Assembly: GCA_963849325.1 (NCBI GenBank)
Contig: CAWKHF010000005.1
Coordinates: 960,001-1,024,000 of the forward strand
Length of the DNA stretch: 64,000 nt
DNA from: an uncultured Planctomycetota bacterium
Lineage (GTDB): Bacteria; Planctomycetota; Planctomycetia; Gemmatales; Gemmataceae
Reading direction: 5' to 3'
A program made the translations under genes and the position numbers. The notes beneath the pieces were generated by a model, which was given only the letters and a program-made list of their open reading frames with translations, did no database searches and had not been told where the DNA came from. Each line of letters starts with the position of its first letter. Within the stretch, counting starts at the first letter, position 1. Shown here one piece after another: positions 10,449 through 21,373 of the stretch.

Positions 10449-10585
10449 ACATTTCGGTCATCGCATGCCCTCCCCAATCCAGAGTCATCGGTGAGCAGGG
10501 AACCCGCTATACGGTCTTGACGAGATGCGGCGGCCGGGGTTGGATAGCGGAACGTTTACGCTTTCCACCACGACGAGGCGGCGAC

Positions 10586-12664
10586 ATGCAACGGCTGCGC
10601 ATTCGCGGGGCGTGCCCGCACGATTGTCCCGATACCTGTGGAATCATCACGGAGGTCGAGAACGGTCAAGCCGTCTCCGTCCGCGGCGATCCCGACAATC
10701 CCATCACGCGCGGCTGGCTGTGCGCCAAGGTCCGGCCCTACCTCCAGCACGTCTATCATCCCGACCGTCTGCTGCATCCGCTGCGCCGCGTGGGAGCCAA
10801 GGGCGAGGGCCGATGGCGGCGCCTGAGCTGGGACGAAGCGCTGGCGGAGATCGCCGCTCGCTGGAAGGCGATCATCGCCGAGTCGGGCGCGGCGGCGATC
10901 TTGCCTTACAGTTTCAGCGGCACGCTCGGCCTGGTGCAAATGATCGTGTCCAGCGCGCGTTTGTGGAACCGCCTGGGCGCCAGCCAGCTGGAGCGCAGTA
11001 TTTGCGGGGCGGCCGCCGAGGCCGCGGTCGTGGCCACGCTCGGCCGGCGCTGGAGTCCAGCGTATGACGACGTACTGCACAGCCGGCTGGTTGTTCTCTG
11101 GGGCCACAACCCCATCTGCACGGCGCCGCACTTCATGCCGTTCTTGCGCCAGGCCCAGCATTCCGGATGTCAAGTCATTGTCATCGATCCGCACCGCACG
11201 CGGACGGCGCGAAGCGCCGACTGGCACCTGGCGCCTCGGCCGGGCAGCGACGGCGTACTGGCGATGGGCCTGGGCCACGTCCTCCTTGCCGAAGGTTGGC
11301 ACGACGAAAAGTGGCTGGAGGCGCACACCATCGGTTGGCCGTTGTTGCGCGAGCGGCTGGCGGAATATCCGCCCCATCGTGTCGCCGCTATTACCGGACT
11401 GGCCGAGGAGGACATCACGAAACTGGCCCGTCTTTACGCAATGCACCGGCCCGGTCTGATCAAGATCGCCGACGGCATCAACCGCAATCGTAACGGCGGG
11501 GAGAACGTGCGCGCCATCTGCGCGCTGCCGGCGTTGACCGGGCAGTACGGCGTCCGCGGCGGCGGTCTGTCCTACAGCACGAGCGATGCCGTGAAATGGG
11601 ACAGCGAGGCGGTCAATCATTGGAGCGACTGTCCGCCGCCGGCGCGGCGGGTGAACATGAACCGTCTCGGCGCCGCCCTGCTCGGCGAGATCGCCGACCC
11701 GCCGATCCGCTCTCTCTACGTCTTCGGCGCCAACCCGGCGACCTCCAGCCCCAACGCCGGCCGCATCGTCGAGGGGTTGCGACGCGAAGACCTCTTCACC
11801 GTGGTCCACGAATTGTTCCTCACCGACACCGCCGATTACGCCGACATCGTGCTGCCGGCCACGTCGCAGCTGGAGCAGACCGACCTCCACAAGGCCTACG
11901 GCACCTCCTTGTTGACGTACAATCGTCCGGCCATCGCGCCGCTGGGCGAATGCAAGAGCAACTGGGAGGTGATGGGCCTGCTGGCTTCCGCGCTGGGCTT
12001 CGACGAGCCGTGGCTGCACCAGAGCGCCGACGAGGTGATCGAGGAGGTGCTGGCCGCGACGGCGGAGCGTCTGCCGCCGCTGCGCGGCATCACCCTGGAC
12101 CGGCTGCGCGCCGAGGGCGCCGTGGCAATCCATCTCGACGATCCGACGCCCTTCGCCGACGGCCGCTTCCCCACGCCCAGCGGCAAGGTCGAGTTGTGTT
12201 GCCCGGCGCTGGCCGAGCGAGGGCTCGATCCGGTGCCCGGCCGCTTCCTGGCGCGAGAGGATGACGGCGGCGTGTCGGCGGATGATCCCGAGTATCCGGT
12301 CGGCGAGTCTCTGCAACTGCTGACAGCCGCCTCGCACCACTTTGTCAGCAGCAGCTTCGCCAACCACCCGCATTTGCTCAAGAACGCCGGCCCGCCGCTG
12401 GTGGAGATCCATCCCGCCGACGCGGCCCGGCGCGGCATCGACAGCGGCGATACGGTCCTCGTGTCCAACGGCCGGGGTTCGTGCCGGCTGCGAGCGGTGG
12501 TCACGGATGCGGTTCGGCCCGGCGTGGTCGCGTCGGCGAAGGGACGGTGGGCCAAGCTCGATGGCGGTCGCAACGTCAACTGGACGACGCCGGACGCCCT
12601 GGCCGACATGGCCGGGCAAAGTACGTTTCACAGCAATCGCGTCTGGCTGCGCCGCGTCGAATAG
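10586..12664 (+). CDS. Molybdopterin oxidoreductase (bis-MGD family) with N-terminal 4Fe-4S motif
   Basis: CPHDCPDTC...LCAK; TDTADYADIVLPAT; C-terminal VEIHPADA dinucleotide-binding domain. Confidence 0.92.
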   Translation: MQRLRIRGACPHDCPDTCGIITEVENGQAVSVRGDPDNPITRGWLCAKVRPYLQHVYHPDRLLHPLRRVGAKGEGRWRRLSWDEALAEIAARWKAIIAESGAAAILPYSFSGTLGLVQMIVSSARLWNRLGASQLERSICGAAAEAAVVATLGRRWSPAYDDVLHSRLVVLWGHNPICTAPHFMPFLRQAQHSGCQVIVIDPHRTRTARSADWHLAPRPGSDGVLAMGLGHVLLAEGWHDEKWLEAHTIGWPLLRERLAEYPPHRVAAITGLAEEDITKLARLYAMHRPGLIKIADGINRNRNGGENVRAICALPALTGQYGVRGGGLSYSTSDAVKWDSEAVNHWSDCPPPARRVNMNRLGAALLGEIADPPIRSLYVFGANPATSSPNAGRIVEGLRREDLFTVVHELFLTDTADYADIVLPATSQLEQTDLHKAYGTSLLTYNRPAIAPLGECKSNWEVMGLLASALGFDEPWLHQSADEVIEEVLAATAERLPPLRGITLDRLRAEGAVAIHLDDPTPFADGRFPTPSGKVELCCPALAERGLDPVPGRFLAREDDGGVSADDPEYPVGESLQLLTAASHHFVSSSFANHPHLLKNAGPPLVEIHPADAARRGIDSGDTVLVSNGRGSCRLRAVVTDAVRPGVVASAKGRWAKLDGGRNVNWTTPDALADMAGQSTFHSNRVWLRRVE

Positions 12665-12678
12665 GAGTTCGACCCGAC

Positions 12679-13464
12679 ATGGGGAACTGGTGGGAACACA
12701 TCCCGTCGTGGCTGCGCGAGTACGCCCTTCGCCTGTCCGGTGCGGTGCTGATCCTGTTGCTGGGCTGGGTGGCCAACCGTCTGCTGGTGGGACCGCTGCG
12801 CCGTCTGCTCGGCCGCAGTCGTCTCGACGTTTCCGTGGCGTCGTTCCTGGTCAACTCAGTTCGCACGGCCATCCTGCTGGTGGTGCTGCTGGCGGTGCTC
12901 CAGCAGTTCGGCCTGGAGACGACGTCGCTGTTGACCCTGCTCGGCACGGCGGGCCTGGCCGTGGCCCTGTCGCTGCAAGGTTCGTTGGCCAACTTCGCCT
13001 CGGGACTGCTGCTCTTGGCCTTCCGCACGGTACGCATCGGCGACTGGATTGAAGTTGGCGACGTGCGCGGCCGGGTCAGCGAGATGCTGCCCTTCCACAT
13101 TGTCCTGGAGACGCCGGACAACCAGCGCATCACCGTGCCCAACACTCTGCTGACCAACGGACCCGTGCGCAACAACACGTTTCTGCCGGCGCGGCGCGTG
13201 CAGTGGACGTTACCCGTCGGTGCCCGCGACGACCTCGACGCGGTCAAGGCCGCGCTGCGGGCGCGCTTGCAGTCCGAGCCGCGCATCGCCAAGGAACCGC
13301 CGCCGCAACTGTTCGTCCAGGAGTGGACAGCGGACAAACGCACGCTGGTCGTAACCGCGTGGACGGCGACCGCCGATTACCTCGACGTGCAGCAGGACAT
13401 GCTCGAAGAGTTGGGCAAGACTGCCGAAGGCGTGCGCGCTGCCCAAACTTCACCCAGCCCATGA
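12679..13464 (+). CDS. mscS: Small-conductance mechanosensitive channel (MscS family)
   Basis: GLAVALSLQGSLANFASG, RIGDWIEV, ITVPN. Confidence 0.88.
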   Translation: MGNWWEHIPSWLREYALRLSGAVLILLLGWVANRLLVGPLRRLLGRSRLDVSVASFLVNSVRTAILLVVLLAVLQQFGLETTSLLTLLGTAGLAVALSLQGSLANFASGLLLLAFRTVRIGDWIEVGDVRGRVSEMLPFHIVLETPDNQRITVPNTLLTNGPVRNNTFLPARRVQWTLPVGARDDLDAVKAALRARLQSEPRIAKEPPPQLFVQEWTADKRTLVVTAWTATADYLDVQQDMLEELGKTAEGVRAAQTSPSP

Positions 13465-13606
13465 AGCTACTTCGTCCTTCCGATCCTCGATGGGCTTTTC
13501 CGCCTCCGGGAGTATGATAATACCGTTTTCCCTCCCGTGGCTGGGCACGGAGGTGCGGTGATCGGCGCAATTGACGCCGGGTAGATGCTTTCCAAGGGGG
13601 CGGAAT

Positions 13607-14701
13607 ATGGATCGCAGAGTTTTCCTGCGTGGTGGCGCGATCGGGGCCGCCACGCTGGGTGCCGCCGGGGCCGAGCCGGCCGACAAGGGCGCGCCCGTCG
13701 TCAAGTCCCGGCTCAAGGCGGGCCATCAACATCACTCCACCGACGCCGACCTGCGCGTCCTGTCCGCGCTGGGAGTCAATCACATTTGCAGCGCCCTGCC
13801 CTCCCGCCGCTTCGACGCGAACTGGTCGGTCGAGGGACTGTCGCGCTTGCGCGAGCGCGTCGAGAAGTTCGGCATCCAGCTGGACATGGTCCCGCTGCCG
13901 TTGAGCAGCTCTCCCATCAGCCGGGTCGAGAACCCTCACATCATGAGGGGCAAAAGCCCGGAGCGCGACCGCGAGATCGACAACCTTTGCCAGATGATCC
14001 GCAACGCGGCCAAGGTGGGCATCCCGGCCGTGAAGTACAACCTCTCGGTCCTGGGCGTGGTCCGCACTCCGAGCACGCGCGGCCGCGGCGGCGCGGCGTA
14101 CAGCACCTTCGTCTTCAGCAAAGCTGTGCAAGGTCCGCCGCCCGAGGAGACCGGCCCTCTCGACGCGGACGCCATGTGGGAGCGCATTACCTATTTCCTG
14201 CGGCGCGTCGTGCCGGTGGCCGAGGAGTGCAAGGTGCGACTGTGCTGTCATCCGCACGATCCCGGCATGCCGCGCGGCAAGGGCTTCCGCGGCGTCGAGC
14301 GCGTCCTCGGCTCCGTCGAGGGGCTGAAGAAGTTCGTCGGCATCATGCCGAGTCCGTATCACGGCTTGAACTTCTGCCAGGGCACCGTGGCCGAAATGTT
14401 GGAAAAGCCCGGCGAGCAGATTTACGACGTGATTCGCTGGTTCGGCCGTCGCGGCAAGATCTTCAACGTCCATTTCCGCAACATCAAGGGCGGTTTCCTC
14501 AACTTCCAGGAGACCTTTCCCGATGACGGCGACGTGGACATGCCGCGGGCATTGCGCGTGTACAAGGAGGTTGGTTACAACGGCATGATTATGCCCGATC
14601 ACGTCCCGCGCATCGAGGGCGATAGCGGCGGAGCGCAGGCGTTCGCCTATGCTTTCGGCTACATCCAGGCGTTGATCCAGGTGGTCAACGGCGAAGCGTG
14701 A
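13607..14701 (+). CDS. uxuA: Mannonate dehydratase with Tat-like signal peptide
   Basis: [31 protein letters not shown]-terminus [10 protein letters not shown]. Confidence 0.85.
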   Translation: MDRRVFLRGGAIGAATLGAAGAEPADKGAPVVKSRLKAGHQHHSTDADLRVLSALGVNHICSALPSRRFDANWSVEGLSRLRERVEKFGIQLDMVPLPLSSSPISRVENPHIMRGKSPERDREIDNLCQMIRNAAKVGIPAVKYNLSVLGVVRTPSTRGRGGAAYSTFVFSKAVQGPPPEETGPLDADAMWERITYFLRRVVPVAEECKVRLCCHPHDPGMPRGKGFRGVERVLGSVEGLKKFVGIMPSPYHGLNFCQGTVAEMLEKPGEQIYDVIRWFGRRGKIFNVHFRNIKGGFLNFQETFPDDGDVDMPRALRVYKEVGYNGMIMPDHVPRIEGDSGGAQAFAYAFGYIQALIQVVNGEA

Positions 14702-14712
14702 TGGAGGGCAGT

Positions 14713-14765
14713 CGGAGCCTGAAGCGTAAGCGAAGGATTTTCTTCGCTTACGCTTCAGGCTCGGA
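14713..14765. repeat. Palindromic element, family B (CCGAGCCTGAAGCGTAAGCGAAG...CTTCGCTTACGCTTCAGGCTCGG)
   Basis: Inverted arms between convergent genes; contains the stop codon of the YbaK-like ORF. Confidence 0.93.
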
Positions 14766-15258
14766 GACTTAACCCGTGCTGAACGGAAGGGCGCGGCCGG
14801 GACGGCGAGCGGCGGGCAAAACGAAGGCGGCGCGGGTTCTCCAGGCGCTCGAAGTCTCGGCAGCGCAGACGGACGGCCTCGAACTGGGTGTGCGTCTCCA
14901 GCACAATGAGGGCATCCGGCGCGATGGCGTCGTCGAGCAAGGTCGAGAGACCGTAGCGCGTCCCGAACGGCGGTACGACGCCCCACTCGCAGTCGGGGAA
15001 AACCGCGGCGACCTCGCGGTCGGTGGCCAGCCGTACCGGCCCGCCCAGCTGCTCGATCAGTACCGTGGTATCGACCTGATGCGTCGCCGGCAGCACGGCC
15101 AACAGGTAGCCGGACGGACCCGCCAGCAGCACACACTTGGCGACCTGCTCGCCGGGCACGGACAGATACTTGGCTCGTTTCTGCGCCGTGTACGCCGGCG
15201 GATGTGGCAGCCATTCAAAATCAATCCGCTGTTCGAGCAGATATTCGTCGATGTGCAT
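14755..15258 (-). CDS. YbaK/EbsC-family aminoacyl-tRNA deacylase
   Basis: VAKCVLL, LAVLPA, FPDCEWGVVPPFG. Confidence 0.85.
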   Translation of the reverse strand: MHIDEYLLEQRIDFEWLPHPPAYTAQKRAKYLSVPGEQVAKCVLLAGPSGYLLAVLPATHQVDTTVLIEQLGGPVRLATDREVAAVFPDCEWGVVPPFGTRYGLSTLLDDAIAPDALIVLETHTQFEAVRLRCRDFERLENPRRLRFARRSPSRPRPSVQHGLSLRA

Positions 15259-15535
15259 GACGACCTCTCCTGTTCCGAGATGCCCAGAGGGCGTCAGTCG
15301 CGAAGAATGGGGGAGACGATCGGGGTCGCTTTCGCCCCGATGCGGTCTTGCTGAAATATAACAGCGGAAGGCCCGCCGTCTGAGGACGGCGGCGTCCGGT
15401 TCCGCGATTCGGTCCCTTCGCGGCTTCCGGCACTGCGGAGGATAGCGGTTTTTCCATCGCCCCTCCGCGAACCCGGTCGCGAGCAGTCCAGACGGCCTTC
15501 GGAGGATGCGACAAGCGAACGGACGGAGAAAAGTG

Positions 15536-16367
15536 ATGTTTCTCGATGCGGAGATGGAAATTCTTCGAGCCGACCTGCCCCGCGGCCGCTTCCGCTCCGT
15601 GCTCTTCGACTTCGACGGCACGCTGTCGCTCATCCGCGAAGGTTGGCCGCAGGTCATGGTCCCGCTGATGGTCGAGGTGCTGCGCGAGACCGGCACCCGC
15701 GAGACCGAGGCGGAGCTGACGGCCGAGGTGGAAGAGTTCGTCATGCGTCTGAACGGCCGGCAGACGATTTACCAGATGATCCAACTGGCCGAGGAAGTGC
15801 GGCGGCGCGGCGGCCAACCGCTCGACCCGCTGGTCTACAAGCATCGCTATCACGACCGGCTCATGGAGCGCATCCGCGATCGTCTGTCCGCCCTCCAGAC
15901 GGGCAGCGCGACGCCCGAAGAGTGGACTGTGCCCGGTAGTCACGCCTTGCTGGACAATCTGCGCCGTCGTGGCCTGACTCTGTACCTGGCCAGCGGGACC
16001 GATCTGAAATACGTGCGCCACGAGGCGGACCTGCTCGGTCTGACCGAGTATTTCGGCGATCGCATCTACGGGGCGCTGGACGACTATCATAACTTCTCCA
16101 AACAGATGATTATCGAGCGCCATCCTGCGCGAGAATGATCTGCACGGCGAGGAGTTGCTCGGTTTTGGCGACGGCTTCGTGGAGATCGAGGAGATCAAGC
16201 GCGTCGGCGGCGTCGCCGTGGCCGTCGCCAGCGATGAGGTCAACCGGCGCGGCGTCCACGCCTGGAAGCGGGACCGGCTGGTACGGGCCGGTGCCGACAT
16301 CGTCATCCCGGAATATCGCCGGCACGAGCGGCTGCTGGCGTACCTGATGGGGGAAGAGGGGCCTTGA
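15536..16367 (+). CDS. HAD-family hydrolase; frameshift near 16120
   Basis: LFDFDGTLSL motif I; LASGT; GFGDGFVEI in the second frame. Confidence 0.85.
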
Positions 16368-16492
16368 AAGAAGGCCGGCCTGATCCTCTCGGTTTTTTTG
16401 AGTAGGATGAATCCGGGTGACGGGACCGTTCCTCGCACGGCTCGCCGTCTCCCTCCTCGGATGTCCTCGCCAGGTTGACCGCGAAAGTTACC

Positions 16493-18060
16493 ATGCTGAT
16501 TTCATCCTCCCGACTCGTCGTTCTCTCGGCTGCTATCGTTCTCGCTCCGCTGTCGTCCGGCCGGGCCGCCGACGGGTTGGAGTCCCGTGTCAAGGAGATC
16601 CTCGCGCGGCCCGAGTACAAGCACAGCCGATGGGGTCTCCTCGTCGTGGATGCCGACAGCGGCAAACCGATCCTGGAGCACAACGCCGACCAACTCTTCG
16701 CTCCCGCCTCGGTGACCAAGCTCTACACCTGCGCCGCCGCGCTGATCGCCTTCGGGCCGGACTATCGCTTCCGCACGCCCGTCTATCGTCGCGGCGTGCT
16801 GACCGACGGCACTCTCCAGGGCGACCTCATCCTGGTCGCCAAGGGCGATCCGACGCTGGGCGGCCGCACCGACGCCAAGGGGCACCTGGTCTTCCAGAAC
16901 TTCGATCACACCTACGCCTCCTTCGTCAGCACGTTGCCCCAGTTGACCGACACCGATCCGCTGGCCGGACTGCGGGAGCTGGCCCGGCAGGTGAAGAAGA
17001 GCGGCGTCCACAAGGTCGAGGGCGACGTGCTCATCGACGATCGCCTGTACGCGCCGGCCTTCAGCAGCGGCAGCGGTCCCAAGATCATCACGCCCATCAT
17101 GGTCAACGATAACCTGGTGGACGCGATCATTACGCCGGGCAAGGCGGTCGGCGAGCCGGCTTCCGTGCAGTTTCGTCCGCCCAACGGGATGATTCAGATC
17201 AACGTCCAGGTCGAGACGCGTCGCCGCCGAGAAGAAACCGAACATCACGGTCGAGCTGGTTGGGATCGGTCGATACGTCTTGCGCGGCGGCATCCCGCTC
17301 GGTTCGCCGCCGCTGCCGCGCATCTGTCCGGTGACGGACCCGGAAAGCTTCGCCCGCGGTCTGTTCATCGAGACGCTGCGGAAGGAAGGGGTGGCCGTCA
17401 AGGCCAGCGTCTTGAGTCGGCCGACCGCCATCTTGCCGGAGGCGGACGGCTATGCGGGACTCACGCGGGTCGCCCGCTACGAGTCGCCGCCGATGTCGGA
17501 GCTGCTCCGCGTCATCCTCAAAGTCAGCCACAACCTGTACGCCAGCTCGCTGCCGTTGCTGCTGGCGTCCAAGCACGGCAAGCGAACGCTGGCGGAGGGC
17601 ATGGCGCTGCAAGGCAAGCTGTTGGCCGACCTGGGCGTGGACGTCAAGGACATCGCCCTGGAGAGCGGCGCCGGCGGCGGCTCCTGCGACAACGTGACGC
17701 CGCGCGTGACCGTGCAGCTGTTCGCGCGCCCTGTCCCGCCGGCCCGATTTCCCCGTCTTCCGCGCGGCGTTGCCGATACTCGGCGTCGATGGCACGCTCG
17801 TGGACGTGGTCGAGAAAGACAGCCCGGCTCGCGGCAAGGTGATGGCCAAGACGGGGACTTATCCCGATACCGATCTGCTCAACGACCGCATGTTTCTCCG
17901 CTGCAAGTCGTTGGCGGGCGTGATGACCACCCGCAACGGCCGCAACCTCGTGTTCGCCCTGTTCGTCAACGACGTGCCGCTGCCGCCGGGCGTTCCCACC
18001 ACGCGCGAGGCCAAAGCCCTCGGCCGTCTGTGCGAGATCCTGTACCAGTACACGCCCTGA
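16493..18060 (+). CDS. dacB: D-Ala-D-Ala carboxypeptidase/endopeptidase (PBP4, peptidase S13); two frameshifts
   Basis: PASVTK (SxxK), SHN (SxN), AKTGT (KTG) in three successive frames; signal peptide. Confidence 0.88.
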
Positions 18061-18063
18061 CCT

Positions 18064-18150
18064 TAGGGACTAGGGACTAGGGACTAGGGACTAGGGACTA
18101 GAGAAGAAGAATCCTCTTCTCTAGTCCCTAGTCCCTAGTCCCTAGTCCCT
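18064..18150. repeat. Heptamer-armed stem-loop: (TAGGGAC)5 ... (GTCCCTA)n
   Basis: Tandem 7-mers followed by their reverse complement. Confidence 0.95.
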
Positions 18151-18168
18151 GCGAGGGGAGGATCGGCC

Positions 18169-18924
18169 ATGTCCGTTGTCCTCGTCACCGGCGCGACCGG
18201 CGAGGTAGCGCGCGGAGTGCTGCCCTGGTTGGAGCACGAGTTCGCGTTGCGTCTGCTGGCGCTCGATCCTCCCGGTGACGATCCGCGCCGCCTCCAGGCC
18301 GATTTGCTCGACTGGGACGCGCTAACGAGCGCCCTGCGCGGCATCAACGCCGTCCTGCACCTGGCCGTCGCGCCGGGGCACTCCGGCGTGTACGAAGACG
18401 ATGTCTTCAACGACCGGCGCTTCGACGTCAACGTCAAGGGCACCTATCACGTTTTCGAGACGGCGCGCCGGGCGGGCGTCCGTCGCGTCGTCCACGTCAG
18501 CAGCCTGATGGTCGTCTGGGGACATGGGAACGCGGCGCCGGTGCCCGGCGATGCGCCGCCGCGGCCGGCCGGAACCTACGCCTTGACCAAGACCCTGTCC
18601 GAAGAAATCGCTCGCCATTACGCCGTCGCTTTCGGCATGGAAGTCGTCACGCTCCGCATCGCGGCGCCGCTGGACCTCCGCGATCCCGACTTGACCCGCA
18701 AGCCGATACGGCCGCAGCAGGTGCCCTTGCCCGATCTGGCCCAGGCGTTCGTCCGAGCGCTGACGGCGCCCCTCGATCGCTATGAGGTCGTCACCATCGT
18801 CGGCGAGAGTTCGCGGCGCGTCTGGGATCTGGGACCGGCGCGGCGCGTCCTCGGTTACGAGCCGCGTTATCGGCTCGATGACCTGGGACTTTGCTGGGCC
18901 GAGCCGTTCGATGTTGAGCCGTGA
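18169..18924 (+). CDS. NAD-dependent epimerase/dehydratase family
   Basis: VLVTGATG, NVKGT, YALTK (YxxxK). Confidence 0.88.
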   Translation: MSVVLVTGATGEVARGVLPWLEHEFALRLLALDPPGDDPRRLQADLLDWDALTSALRGINAVLHLAVAPGHSGVYEDDVFNDRRFDVNVKGTYHVFETARRAGVRRVVHVSSLMVVWGHGNAAPVPGDAPPRPAGTYALTKTLSEEIARHYAVAFGMEVVTLRIAAPLDLRDPDLTRKPIRPQQVPLPDLAQAFVRALTAPLDRYEVVTIVGESSRRVWDLGPARRVLGYEPRYRLDDLGLCWAEPFDVEP

Positions 18925-19046
18925 TCCATGCCGGAGTGGCCCGCTCTCCGACCGCATCCGTTGGGCCGATTTCCCTCCGAAGCCTTGATCCTCTCGGTCG
19001 ATCCTGTTAAGACTAGACTTTTCCCGCATAACCAAGAGGGACAACC

Positions 19047-20120
19047 ATGCGTCACTGGATTGGAGCTTTCCTCGCCGCTGGGATCGCGGCAACCTCGCTG
19101 ATGGCCCTGGACAAACCGGCCGACGAAAAGGGCAACGACCGGGCCTCTCAGTTCGAGATCCTCCAGAAGGACTTCCAGAAGACCATCAACGAGGTGGTCA
19201 AGGAATTTCAGGCGGCCAAGACGTCCAAGGAGCGGCAAGCGATCCTGGATCGGCTGAGCAAGGAATACAGCCCGCGCGTCGTCAAGCTCGTCGAAGCCGA
19301 CCCCAAGGACAAGCTCTCCTTCGAGATTCTGCTGTGGGGCGCGGAGAACGTGCCGCAAATCGATACCAAGGTGTACGACCTGCTGACGGAGCATTGGGCC
19401 ACGAACGCCCGAATCAAGAGTGTGTGCCAGGCGATGTCGTCCCAACCGTCCAGCGCCACGAAATTGTTCCGCAAGGTGCTCGAGGAGAACCCGGACAAGG
19501 ACGCTCAGGGTCTGGCCTGCTTCGCCCTGGCGAAAACCGCCCTGAAGAAAAGTGAGTCGGAAGGCGATCCGAAAGCGGCTGAGGAAGCCGAGAAATTCTA
19601 CGAACGGGTGAGCCGAGATTTCGCCGACGTGAAGGCGAAACGCGGGGCCGCCCTGGGCGTTCAAGCCAAGGACGCCCTGAGCGAAATTCGCGCGCGCGGG
19701 GTCGGCAAGACGGCGCCGAACGTCCAGAGCGAGGACCTGGCCGGCAAGAAGGTCCAGCTGAAGGATTACAAGGGCAAGGTGGTCGTGCTCGACATCTGGG
19801 CGACCTGGTGCGGTCCCTGCCGGGCCATGATTCCGCACGAGCGCAACATGGTCAAGAAGCTGAAAGACAAGCCGTTCGCCCTCATCAGCGTCAGCGCCGA
19901 CGAGACGAAGGACACGATCAAGGAGTTTCTCGACAACGAATCGATGCCGTGGACGCACTGGTGGAACGGCCCCAGCGGCGGCATCCTCAAGGACTGGAAC
20001 GTCCAGTTTTTCCCGACGATCTACGTCCTCGACGCCAAGGGCGTCATCCGCTACAAGCACGTCCGCGGCGACGAGCTGGAAAAGGCGGTCGAGAAGCTGC
20101 TCGCGGAAGTCGAAAAGTAA
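19047..20120 (+). CDS. TlpA-family thiol-disulfide oxidoreductase with helical N-terminal domain
   Basis: Signal peptide; WATWCGPC; FPTIYVLD. Confidence 0.92.
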   Translation: MRHWIGAFLAAGIAATSLMALDKPADEKGNDRASQFEILQKDFQKTINEVVKEFQAAKTSKERQAILDRLSKEYSPRVVKLVEADPKDKLSFEILLWGAENVPQIDTKVYDLLTEHWATNARIKSVCQAMSSQPSSATKLFRKVLEENPDKDAQGLACFALAKTALKKSESEGDPKAAEEAEKFYERVSRDFADVKAKRGAALGVQAKDALSEIRARGVGKTAPNVQSEDLAGKKVQLKDYKGKVVVLDIWATWCGPCRAMIPHERNMVKKLKDKPFALISVSADETKDTIKEFLDNESMPWTHWWNGPSGGILKDWNVQFFPTIYVLDAKGVIRYKHVRGDELEKAVEKLLAEVEK

Positions 20121-20145
20121 GAGCGCTTGCCCAGCAATCATTTCG

Positions 20146-20210
20146 GTTAGCCGCGACGCGCAGCGGAGCGCGGGAGCACTCCCGCGCTCCGCTGCGCGTC
20201 GCGGCGAAAC
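20146..20210. repeat. Family A palindrome
   Basis: Same arms as 255-317; between convergent genes. Confidence 0.93.
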
Positions 20211-20225
20211 TTGCGGCGCGGTCGT

Positions 20226-21272
20226 TCATTTCTCACGCGCGAAATCCGTCACGGCGACGATCGCGCCCGTATCGACCGAGCGCTGCGCCGCCAGGCACAG
20301 CGCCACCGACCATTTGCCGTCCGTCCCCGTGGCCGCGATCGGGCCTCCGTCGCGCACGGCGCGGACCATCATCGCCATCTCGTCTTCCAGCTCGTACACC
20401 TCGCCGGTGATTTTCGTGATGGGGATGTTCTCGGTCTTCGTGCCGTCGTGATACTGGAGCGAAAAGCGCGGATGGAAGTCGCGGTCCATGGCGCCGCTCC
20501 AGCTCGCTCCCAGCGCGCCGCGCGTGCCGGTCAGCTTGACCACCTGATGATGCTCGAACGCGGCCAACGTCTGCGAAATGACGGCGTATTCCCCGCCGGC
20601 GAAGGTGAGAAGGGCGCTGAAATTGTCCTGCAATTCGGGATGGCCTTCCTGTTTCGAGTTGGCGCGCGCGTACACCGTGACCGGCTCGCCCGCTCCGGCG
20701 AGATACCAGCGTGCCATGTCGAAAAAGTGGATGGGTTCTTCGAGCACCCAATTGCCGACGCGGTTGATGTCGTAACGCCAGCCCTCCGCGCCGAGACGGT
20801 ACGGCCTCCGCCATAGCTCGATGAGCAAGTACAGCGGCCGGTCGACGGCGCCGGACTCGACCATCTCGTGCATCTTGCTCCACAGGGAGGAGAGGCGGAA
20901 TTCGTGGCCGATCGCCAGGCACTTCCCACGGGCACCGGCCAGCGCGATCAGCTCGTCGCACTCCGCCACGCGCAGCGCCATCGGCTTTTCCAGCAACAGA
21001 TGCCGGCCGGACTCCAGCACCGCTCGGCCGACCTCGTAGTGCAGGTAGGTCGGCAGCACCACATCCACCACGTCGAGTTGTTCGCGTTCGAGCAGGGCGC
21101 GATAATCCTCGTAGACGTGGGCCGTGGGATGATCGTTTTGGGCGGCGGCGCGCGTCTTCTCCGAGCGCGCCGCGATGGCGGCCAGCTCCGCCCCTTCCGT
21201 CTTGGCGATGGCGCGGGCGTGATGACTGCCCCAGGCGCCGTAACCGATCAGTCCGAAACGAATGCTGCTCAC
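20226..21272 (-). CDS. Gfo/Idh/MocA-family oxidoreductase
   Basis: FGLIGYGAWG, LLEKPMA, IHFFD. Confidence 0.92.
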   Translation of the reverse strand: MSSIRFGLIGYGAWGSHHARAIAKTEGAELAAIAARSEKTRAAAQNDHPTAHVYEDYRALLEREQLDVVDVVLPTYLHYEVGRAVLESGRHLLLEKPMALRVAECDELIALAGARGKCLAIGHEFRLSSLWSKMHEMVESGAVDRPLYLLIELWRRPYRLGAEGWRYDINRVGNWVLEEPIHFFDMARWYLAGAGEPVTVYARANSKQEGHPELQDNFSALLTFAGGEYAVISQTLAAFEHHQVVKLTGTRGALGASWSGAMDRDFHPRFSLQYHDGTKTENIPITKITGEVYELEDEMAMMVRAVRDGGPIAATGTDGKWSVALCLAAQRSVDTGAIVAVTDFAREK

Positions 21273-21373
21273 GATGGTCTCCGATTCCCTGGCGGCATCT
21301 ATCCGGTGGATGGAGAGCATTGTATTATAGAGGGCCGTCGAGGCAGCCCGGAATCGCGGCGGGAGGTAGATCG

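Noticed and set aside
10449-10585. Moco riboswitch upstream of the molybdopterin enzyme
   Set aside because: No recognisable conserved motif or stem pattern.
13461-13517. 18-codon ORF MKLLRPSDPRWAFPPPGV as a leader peptide
   Set aside because: No RBS and no terminator/antiterminator pair; likely chance.
16493-18060. dacB in a planctomycete as a novelty
   Set aside because: Peptidoglycan and its enzymes are already established in this phylum.
18063-18100. TAGGG arrays as telomere-like or eukaryotic contamination
   Set aside because: Units are 7-mers paired with inverted arms and embedded in continuous bacterial operons.
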